DNA of 25,051 nucleotides from Puniceicoccaceae bacterium (GCA_040830765.1 JBFOMH010000038.1:1-25051), one strand, 5' to 3'; positions 1 to 5,349 are shown, counted from the stretch's first letter. Notes: generated by a model from the sequence alone, not told the origin. Numbers and translations: made by a program.

Positions 1-160
1 CGGAAATTCCCCCCGACGAAACCCACGCCACCACCCACCCCCACCCGCCCAGGAGGAAAGCGCGCGCCGAGGCAGCGGCCAGTGCCAAAAACGAGGCGAT
101 TAATATTTAGGGACAAAGGAAAAGGGACGGAGGTCGGAGGACCTTTACAGTTTAAAAATG

Positions 161-198
161 AAAGAGGCGGGGCCCGATTGGACCCCCGCCTCTTTTTT
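161..198. terminator. Intrinsic terminator, probably bidirectional, closing microprotein cassette 1
   Basis: Stem AAAGAGGCGGGG...CCCCGCCTCTTT with a T-run on the plus strand and TTTCATTTTT on the minus strand. It lies about 30 nt after the stop of the ORF at 229-312. Confidence 0.8.
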
Positions 199-228
199 AG
201 CAAGCGATAGTGATGAATTGTTTGAGCG

Positions 229-312
229 TTACTGCTTCCGGCGGCCGTTCTGAACCCATTCGTCGAAGCCAAAGGCCAGTAGCAGTGTTGTTGTCAGGGC
301 GATGATAAACAT
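229..312 (-). CDS. Microprotein B1, 27 aa, MFIIALTTTLLLAFGFDEWVQNGRRKQ (hydrophobic N-terminus, basic tail)
   Basis: Translated by hand. RBS GGAGAACGAACC precedes the ATG. Its first 13 residues are identical to the paralog at 793-852 despite 7 synonymous codon differences. Confidence 0.8.
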   Translation of the reverse strand: MFIIALTTTLLLAFGFDEWVQNGRRKQ

Positions 313-343
313 GGTTCGTTCTCCAGTTTGAAAGTATCGTGGC

Positions 344-433
344 TTAGTAAGCCTGGTTGGCGTTGGCGGCTTCCTTCAGTTCGAAGGCACCGTAAGTGAG
401 AAGGCAGGCAGAGATGAAGATGATGAGTGTCAT
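344..433 (-). CDS. Microprotein A1, 29 aa, MTLIIFISACLLTYGAFELKEAANANQAY
   Basis: Translated by hand. Same length (90 nt) and ending (TAC TAA) as the paralog at 888-977. It starts about 35 nt downstream of a sigma54-type promoter. Confidence 0.8.
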   Translation of the reverse strand: MTLIIFISACLLTYGAFELKEAANANQAY

Positions 434-467
434 TGTTCGTTCTTTTGTTTAAATTCGCCTATAGTAA

Positions 468-483
468 TGCTGGTCGCGTGCCA
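468..483 (-). promoter_or_regulatory. Sigma54 (RpoN) -24/-12 promoter, cassette 1
   Basis: Minus strand TGGCACGCGACCAGCA: perfect TGGCACG, exact GG-N10-GC spacing, with CAGC in place of TTGC. Repeated in all three cassettes. Confidence 0.8.
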
Positions 484-513
484 ACTTTTTTAAAAACTAC
501 CTAAGTAGCTCTA

Positions 514-526
514 TATCAATTCTTTA
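514..526 (+). promoter_or_regulatory. IHF-like binding site
   Basis: TATCAATTCTTTA matches the E. coli consensus WATCAANNNNTTR exactly. It lies in the AT-rich tract between the sigma54 promoter and the upstream palindrome. Confidence 0.55.
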
Positions 527-590
527 TAAACTTTATATATTCATAAACTATTTTGTTTCCTTGGTGCTTTCGACGAAAGTGTCCGGACCG

Positions 591-619
591 GGGACAGGTA
601 TCGTCCCACTTTTGGGACA
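591..619. promoter_or_regulatory. Putative upstream activator sequence, cassette 1
   Basis: GGGACA (591-596), 5 nt, then CGTCCC-ACTTTT-GGGACA (602-619). The same motif and spacing recur in cassettes 2 and 3. Confidence 0.7.
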
Positions 620-708
620 CTCCGCAGTGGAGCCGAAAATGAGAACCAATCCGTAGGATGACCAAGGGTTGTCCTCTCGAAGGCCGCGTCCCGTTTTCAC
701 CAAATACT

Positions 709-742
709 AAAAAAGCGGAGTTCCCCACGAACTCCGCTTTTT
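709..742. terminator. Bidirectional intrinsic terminator closing cassette 2
   Basis: AAAAAGCGGAGTTC-CCCAC-GAACTCCGCTTTTT, a perfect stem with A/T runs on both sides. Confidence 0.85.
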
Positions 743-792
743 CCAAGCGATGACTTGTTGTTGATCTCAGCGATTAACGCTCCTGGTGGCTT

Positions 793-852
793 TTACAGCT
801 CACTCACCCCAAGTGCCAGGAGCAAGGTTGTTGTCAGTGCAATGATGAACAT
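793..852 (-). CDS. Microprotein B2, 19 aa as read, MFIIALTTTLLLALGVSEL (28 aa ending at 767 if one base is missing near 795)
   Basis: RBS GGAGAATTTATTC precedes the ATG. Paralog of 229-312 with only synonymous changes in codons 1-13. Confidence 0.7.
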   Translation of the reverse strand: MFIIALTTTLLLALGVSEL

Positions 853-887
853 GAATAAATTCTCCGTTGGTTGAGGACCGGTTGGGC

Positions 888-977
888 TTAGTAGCTTTCG
901 GTCGGCTTGATGGCTTCCTTCAGTTCGAAGAGGCCGTAGGCTAAAAGGCAGGCTGATGTGAAGATGATGAGTGTCAT
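888..977 (-). CDS. Microprotein A2, 29 aa, MTLIIFTSACLLAYGLFELKEAIKPTESY
   Basis: RBS AAGGAAAACCA precedes the ATG. Ungapped paralog of 344-433 with FELKEA conserved. Confidence 0.8.
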   Translation of the reverse strand: MTLIIFTSACLLAYGLFELKEAIKPTESY

Positions 978-1009
978 TGGTTTTCCTTGTTTAAATTCGC
1001 CTTACTTAA

Positions 1010-1025
1010 TGCTGGCTGCGTGCCA
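1010..1025 (-). promoter_or_regulatory. Sigma54 -24/-12 promoter, cassette 2
   Basis: Minus strand TGGCACGCAGCCAGCA with GG-N10-GC spacing, about 33 nt upstream of the A2 start. Confidence 0.8.
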
Positions 1026-1132
1026 ACTTTTTTTGAAATTCCATAAGTCGTTGAACAACAAATAATAAAAATTTCGATAGAATTCAGTAATTACCCCCGA
1101 AGTGGTTTTCGCCACCAAATTTTCGCGATTCA

Positions 1133-1161
1133 GGGACACTTCCCGTCCCGGAATTGGGACA
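1133..1161. promoter_or_regulatory. Putative upstream activator sequence, cassette 2
   Basis: GGGACA (1133-1138), 5 nt, then CGTCCC-GGAATT-GGGACA (1144-1161). The offset from the promoter is 119 nt, as in cassette 1. Confidence 0.7.
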
Positions 1162-1209
1162 GTCGATCGGGTCCAGTTATTGGATAATTCGATGGTCGGC
1201 AGAAAAGCA

Positions 1210-1238
1210 TTGACCCGGGGAATCCCCGGTCACAGCTT
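1210..1238 (+). promoter_or_regulatory. Possible sigma70 promoter of tRNA-Arg
   Basis: TTGACC-17 nt-CAGCTT ending 20 nt before the tRNA. The -10 match is weak and is overlapped by the imperfect inverted repeat TGACCCGGGGAATCCCCGGTCA. Confidence 0.4.
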
Positions 1239-1258
1239 TTCCTCTCTTTCCGAAACGT

Positions 1259-1333
1259 GCTCCCATAGTGTAATGGATAACACGCTGCCCTCCGGAGGCA
1301 GAAATCGGGGTTCGAATCCCTGTGGGAGTACCA
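1259..1333 (+). tRNA. tRNA-Arg (anticodon CCG)
   Basis: Acceptor GCTCCCA/TGGGAGT, D-arm GTGT/ACAC, anticodon stem CTGCC/GGCAG with loop CT-CCG-GA, T-loop TTCGAAT and encoded CCA. Confidence 0.97.
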
Positions 1334-1455
1334 TTCGACAAGCTCATGGCAGGCCAACGACAAGCTCATGGCAGGCCAACGACAAGCTCATGGCAGGCCT
1401 TCGACAAGCTCATGGCAGGCCACATGCGGCTCACTGCGTTCGCTCTTGGCAGGCC
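1334..1455 (+). repeat. 22-nt tandem repeat x4, (TT/AA)CGACAAGCTCATGGCAGGCC, plus a degenerate partial copy
   Basis: Units at 1334-1355, 1356-1377, 1378-1399 and 1400-1421 share an identical 20-nt core. Partial copy CTCTTGGCAGGCC at 1443-1455. Confidence 0.92.
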
Positions 1456-1487
1456 ACTTTGCTGAACTCGCAAGAGGCCGAAAGGTA

Positions 1488-2258
1488 TTATGAGAGCCAG
1501 CTGATAAGCGTCTGGGCGTCCTGTTGAAATTGCTCAACCGAGTTGTTGGGGACAAATTCAAGCAAGGCATATCGGTCATCGGGAATGGCTGCAATGGAAT
1601 CGAGGCAGGGCTTCCAGAGGTCGGTCCCTTCCGAGAGGGCAAGCCTTGGGAATGGGGGCTTAGGAGCACCCTCCCAATGAAAGACGTGGATGTTGGAGAG
1701 GCATCCCTTGAAGGCTTCGATTTCCTGCAAGCGCTGCTCGAGTGGGCTGCCGTGCGGGGGCTGCCAGTACATCTTGAGGTTCGGGTGCTGGGCAGCTTCC
1801 ATTAAGCGAAGGGCCTCTTCCAGGGTTTCCGTAAAGGTGTTCCGGTGGAACTCAAAGGCCACTTCAATGCCTTTGTCCGCAGCCATGGCCGCCGCCTCAC
1901 GACTACGGCGGACAACCGATTCAAAATGAGTTTCCGACTTTTCCTGGGTCAGGGATCCGGCCCAGATGCGAATGACAGGAGCGCCGAGTGCCTCAGCTGC
2001 CTGCAGGATAGGTTCAAAGGGTACAGGTTCCTCATCCGCAGACTCCCGGCCCATGTAATAGGATCCGTACCCAGCGACCTCAAGTCCCGCCTCCCGGGTT
2101 TGGTCCCCCACCTTGCGGGCATTTTCCAGATCTTCAAGGGGGACGTGAACATCGCTTCCCCATTCAATACCTACCAGGCCAGCTTCCGAGCTTAGCTGGA
2201 TTAAGGATTCGGGAGTTTCGTCACGGAAAGTTATCGAGCAAATACCGGGTTTGATCAT
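1488..2258 (-). CDS. Sugar phosphate isomerase/epimerase (xylose-isomerase-like TIM barrel)
   Basis: 256 aa with GIEW, IRIWAG, AFEFH, NIHVFHW and LLEF motifs typical of the AP-endonuclease-2 / xylose-isomerase-like barrel. Confidence 0.8.
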   Translation of the reverse strand: MIKPGICSITFRDETPESLIQLSSEAGLVGIEWGSDVHVPLEDLENARKVGDQTREAGLEVAGYGSYYMGRESADEEPVPFEPILQAAEALGAPVIRIWAGSLTQEKSETHFESVVRRSREAAAMAADKGIEVAFEFHRNTFTETLEEALRLMEAAQHPNLKMYWQPPHGSPLEQRLQEIEAFKGCLSNIHVFHWEGAPKPPFPRLALSEGTDLWKPCLDSIAAIPDDRYALLEFVPNNSVEQFQQDAQTLISWLS

Positions 2259-2357
2259 TTGGAGTAGTAGAAGGGGTGAACTGGAGTCCGGGCATGGCCC
2301 AGGGGTGAGAGGAACGTAAGAGCTGTGTCGGTTCAGTAGACTGGGGTGTCGCCTGCT

Positions 2358-3362
2358 TCAGGCTATAAACGCTACGGCTTCCCGGGAAATCTCGTGGTGG
2401 AGGGGTTCGCCGGCCAACCAGCGATCCATTTCATCGATAATATAGGCTGCCATCCGGCGAGCCTCGGGACCCATTGAGCCGGCCAGGTGGGGCGTGAGGA
2501 CGACATTGGGCAAGTCGAAGAGGGGGCAACCGGTTTCCGGTGGCTCGGGATCGGTAACGTCGATACAGGCAGTGACATCTTTACGCTCGCGGAGGAATTC
2601 AATCATCTCGGCCTGGTTCATGACAGCCCCACGGGCCGTATTGATGAGGGTCGATTCCGGTTTCATCCTGTCGAGCAGGGCGCGGTCGATAATTCCCGTG
2701 GTCGATTCCTTCAAGGGAAGATGAATGGAGACCACGTCACAGGATGCGAAGATTTCCTCCATGGAGGCATACTTAATGCCATACTCATCGGCTAGGCGAT
2801 CGTCCGGATGGCCAGTGTAAACGAGCACCTGTAAGTCGAACGGCTGCAGGAATTCGCAGAGCTTGCGGGCGATTTGGCCAAAGGAAACAATCCCCACCTT
2901 GGAGCGGTAATTGCCAGGTACCGGCTTGTTGCATCCCCAGAACTGCGGGTTGTCCTCCTTGGTCAGCTGCATGTATTTCCAGCCGTGCTTCAGGCTATAG
3001 AGAATCTGGGCCAGGCAGAACTCAGCAACTGGCACGGCATTCGCCGCAACGGCATTGGTAATGCGGATACCGCGGTCCCATGCCGCTTCTGTCATCAAGC
3101 CCTGGATGGTTCCAGCTCCATAAAAGTACATTTCCACCTTCGGCATCGCAGCCAGGAGCTCCTCATCCAGGATGGCCCCGCCCCAGGAGGAGACTATGAC
3201 TTCAGCCTCTGCCAGAATGGACGTGTGTTCGCGCCAGTTCTCCCGCGTTACCAGGGGCTCTGCCATGTCAAAACGTTTGGCTATCTCCTTACGTTCGGAA
3301 TCCCCATACACCCGCTGCAGGCTGTTCTCCGCACAAAAATATACGCCCCTTTTCATTGTCAT
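2358..3362 (-). CDS. D-isomer-specific 2-hydroxyacid dehydrogenase
   Basis: AVPVAEF, DVVSIHLP, LINTARG, DVTDPEP and LTPHLAG supply the catalytic Arg/Glu/His. The Rossmann motif reads GIVSFGQIA. Confidence 0.9.
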   Translation of the reverse strand: MTMKRGVYFCAENSLQRVYGDSERKEIAKRFDMAEPLVTRENWREHTSILAEAEVIVSSWGGAILDEELLAAMPKVEMYFYGAGTIQGLMTEAAWDRGIRITNAVAANAVPVAEFCLAQILYSLKHGWKYMQLTKEDNPQFWGCNKPVPGNYRSKVGIVSFGQIARKLCEFLQPFDLQVLVYTGHPDDRLADEYGIKYASMEEIFASCDVVSIHLPLKESTTGIIDRALLDRMKPESTLINTARGAVMNQAEMIEFLRERKDVTACIDVTDPEPPETGCPLFDLPNVVLTPHLAGSMGPEARRMAAYIIDEMDRWLAGEPLHHEISREAVAFIA

Positions 3363-3486
3363 AGTGGTCCTGTTGTCTGACCTTAAGGTCTAGCATCACC
3401 CGTTATCAGCAACTGCCGAACCATAATTATTGTAGGATTCGGAAAGGAGAAATCGGCTGCGATGGCAATCAATCTGGCAGCAAAAC

Positions 3487-3519
3487 AAAAAAGCGGGACC
3501 CGGGAGTGGGTTCCGCTTT
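3487..3519 (-). terminator. Intrinsic terminator closing cassette 3
   Basis: Minus strand AAAGCGGAACCC-ACTCCC-GGGTCCCGCTTTTTT: a stem with one mismatch followed by a U-run. Confidence 0.75.
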
Positions 3520-3553
3520 GAGTCGGGACAGCGATAAGCCTATGAAAGTGATG

Positions 3554-3631
3554 TCAGGCCCGGAGCGCGTCCTTGAGTTCGATGGCTGCGAACGTCAGCA
3601 GTAAGGCGGTGTAGATGATGATGTAGGTCAT
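3554..3631 (-). CDS. Microprotein A3, 25 aa, MTYIIIYTALLLTFAAIELKDALRA
   Basis: RBS AAGGAACCAACA precedes the ATG. Aligns without gaps to A1/A2 (MTxII, LLT, ELK[ED]A) and has the same promoter architecture. Confidence 0.8.
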   Translation of the reverse strand: MTYIIIYTALLLTFAAIELKDALRA

Positions 3632-3664
3632 TGTTGGTTCCTTGTTGAATTTGCCTCCTATCCT

Positions 3665-3680
3665 TGCTTCACGCGTGCCA
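3665..3680 (-). promoter_or_regulatory. Sigma54 -24/-12 promoter, cassette 3
   Basis: Minus strand TGGCACGCGTGAAGCA with GG-N10-GC spacing. AAAAGTTGGCACGC is identical in all three cassettes. Confidence 0.8.
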
Positions 3681-3786
3681 ACTTTTCAAAATAAGTTGTA
3701 AGACATTGTATACCAATGGTATAAAAATATTAGAAAATATATGGCTATCCACTATCTGGTCGATTCAACCAAACTTTTGTGATTTA

Positions 3787-3815
3787 GGAACACCCTGCGT
3801 CCCAAAAATGGGACA
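3787..3815. promoter_or_regulatory. Putative upstream activator sequence, cassette 3
   Basis: GGAACA (3787-3792), 5 nt, then CGTCCC-AAAAAT-GGGACA (3798-3815). The offset from the promoter is 118 nt. Confidence 0.7.
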
Positions 3816-3908
3816 GAGAATCCAGCCCGATCTGCTCCAACTTGAAGAGGACTGCATTTCCGGCTTGCCCTTCGCGCCCGGCACCACAGTTATATTCCCT
3901 CTTTGGAT

Positions 3909-3993
3909 GCCCGGGTGGCGGAATTGGCAGACGCGCCGGACTCAAAATCCGGTTCCTTCGGGAGTGTGGGTTCGACCCCCACCCCGGGTACCA
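3909..3993 (+). tRNA. tRNA-Leu (anticodon CAA)
   Basis: Acceptor GCCCGGG/CCCGGGT, anticodon stem CCGGA/TCCGG with loop CT-CAA-AA, long variable arm, T-arm GTGGG-TTCGACC-CCCAC and CCA end. 85 nt. Confidence 0.97.
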
Positions 3994-4129
3994 TTGGCAG
4001 AGAGACTCATTGCATTCCTTTTGACAGAATTGGTCAATTTGCACTTATAATTGTGTTCCCGCAGCGTGGCATTCCGCCTCTCTGATTGGGAAACATTTTA
4101 TGACACCTCCCTTCCTGTCTGGTCTCATA

Positions 4130-5344
4130 ATGAGGCGGCAAGCCTTGGCGATGGTCATGCTATGGGCGATCCCGGGAATACTCCTTGTTGCCGACAGCCA
4201 CCTGACCTTCGAATCCCTCGGGTCCTCATCAACTGACATTCGTTCCCGGTCCCGGGATTTTCTGACCGGTGGGTCTGCCGACGGGACCGTGGTCGTGGGG
4301 CAGGAATATGAAAAGGGGCCCTATGTGATCCGCGATGGGGTCACGACCTATCTCGATGACATGGCAGGACCGCTCAAGTTTGCCTATGTGAGCGGCGTCT
4401 CCGCCGACGGTTCCGTGATCATCGGTCGCTCGGAAAACGAGGCCCTGCGGATGGAGGACGGGATCATCACCGGTCTTGGCGACCTTCCCGGTGGGGATGA
4501 GTTCAGTTCAGCGGCGGCCGTTTCCGCCGACGGATCGGTCATTGTCGGCTACAGCTCCAGTGAAAATGGCGACGAGGCCTTCCGCTGGGAAAACGGGATG
4601 ATGACCGGTCTGGGCGACCTTGCGGGGGGCAAGTTTTCCAGCCGGGCCCTGGCGGTTTCCGCGGATGGGGCTGTGATTGTCGGTGGCAGCGTCAGTGCCA
4701 ATGGCGATGAAGCCTTCCGCTGGGAGGACGGGACGATGATTGGACTTGGAGATCTGCCCGGCGGTATATTTTCCACCCGGGCAACAGCCGTTTCGGCTGA
4801 CGGAACCGTGATTGCCGGGACTGGCATTGGCATGGCCGGATGGTGGCGGGCCTTTATCTGGGAAGATGGGGTCCTTGAGCAGCTCATGGACGAGGATGAT
4901 TTTACCGTTACGGGAGCACTATCGATTTCCGCCGATGGAGATGTTATCACGGGCTATTCCGGTTTTCCCTGGGATGCCGGCCAAGGTGTTATCTGGGAAA
5001 GGAAGAATGACTGGACCCTGCGGAAGCTGAACGGGATCCTTGACGCAGCCAATGTCGATCGGGAGGGACTCTATTTACTGGATACGCGGACCTATGACGG
5101 GATGACCTTTTTCGGGCATGGGATGGCGGATGACTTTACCACCAGCCAGGCCTATCGTGTCAGGATGGGACAGTTCTGGGGACCTTATCCGGTTGTCGAT
5201 GGCCATGCCGACACCACTCCATGGCTCGGTTGGCTATATGTGGACGCAGCCCCGTGGATGTTCAGTTACAGCCTCGCATCCTGGCTCTATTCCCCCGAAG
5301 AGGGAATCAGCGAGTCAGGCGGATGGGTCTACATTCCGCGCTAA
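4130..5344 (+). CDS. Secreted HAF-type extracellular repeat protein with a Trp/Tyr-rich C-terminal module
   Basis: Signal-like N-terminus MRRQALAMVMLWAIPGILLVA (alternative start 4100). 45-aa repeats GLGDLxGG..S.A.AVSADG.VI.G..AF.W have a 135-nt period (4472, 4607, 4742). Confidence 0.8.
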   Translation: MRRQALAMVMLWAIPGILLVADSHLTFESLGSSSTDIRSRSRDFLTGGSADGTVVVGQEYEKGPYVIRDGVTTYLDDMAGPLKFAYVSGVSADGSVIIGRSENEALRMEDGIITGLGDLPGGDEFSSAAAVSADGSVIVGYSSSENGDEAFRWENGMMTGLGDLAGGKFSSRALAVSADGAVIVGGSVSANGDEAFRWEDGTMIGLGDLPGGIFSTRATAVSADGTVIAGTGIGMAGWWRAFIWEDGVLEQLMDEDDFTVTGALSISADGDVITGYSGFPWDAGQGVIWERKNDWTLRKLNGILDAANVDREGLYLLDTRTYDGMTFFGHGMADDFTTSQAYRVRMGQFWGPYPVVDGHADTTPWLGWLYVDAAPWMFSYSLASWLYSPEEGISESGGWVYIPR

Positions 5345-5349
5345 GGCCC

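Noticed and set aside
1..155. 3' end of a plus-strand gene or a fourth cassette (GGGACA at 110-115)
   Set aside because: The sequence is low-complexity and possibly error-rich. There is no recognisable protein and no CGTCCC arm, and the position does not fit the roughly 545-nt period.
516..746. 76-aa minus-strand ORF in the track
   Set aside because: It starts inside a terminator and runs across the palindrome and AT-rich spacer. It has no RBS and no counterpart in the other cassettes.
229..977. Microproteins as type IV/Flp pilins, lipoproteins or RiPP precursors
   Set aside because: There is no basic leader with a G|FxxxE prepilin site, no lipobox with a charged n-region, no double-Gly leader and no adjacent modifying enzyme or peptidase-transporter. 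Cys10 is not conserved in A3 or the B peptides.
1334..1421. CRISPR array
   Set aside because: Units are contiguous with only 2 variable bases, there are no unique spacers and no cas genes are present in the window.
1102..1527. 141-aa ORF and the overlapping 1130-1369 ORF
   Set aside because: They cross tRNA-Arg and the tandem repeat and are shadow ORFs.
3462..3479. Plus-strand sigma54-like TGGCAATCAATCTGGCA
   Set aside because: The spacing is GG-N11-GC, not N10, and it points straight into a terminator.
1259..3993. Integrative element bounded by the tRNAs
   Set aside because: There is no integrase, and I found no duplicated tRNA 3' end (att site).
3664..4085. Several 60-128 aa ORFs around tRNA-Leu
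   Set aside because: They overlap the tRNA and the cassette 3 regulatory region and have no protein-like features.
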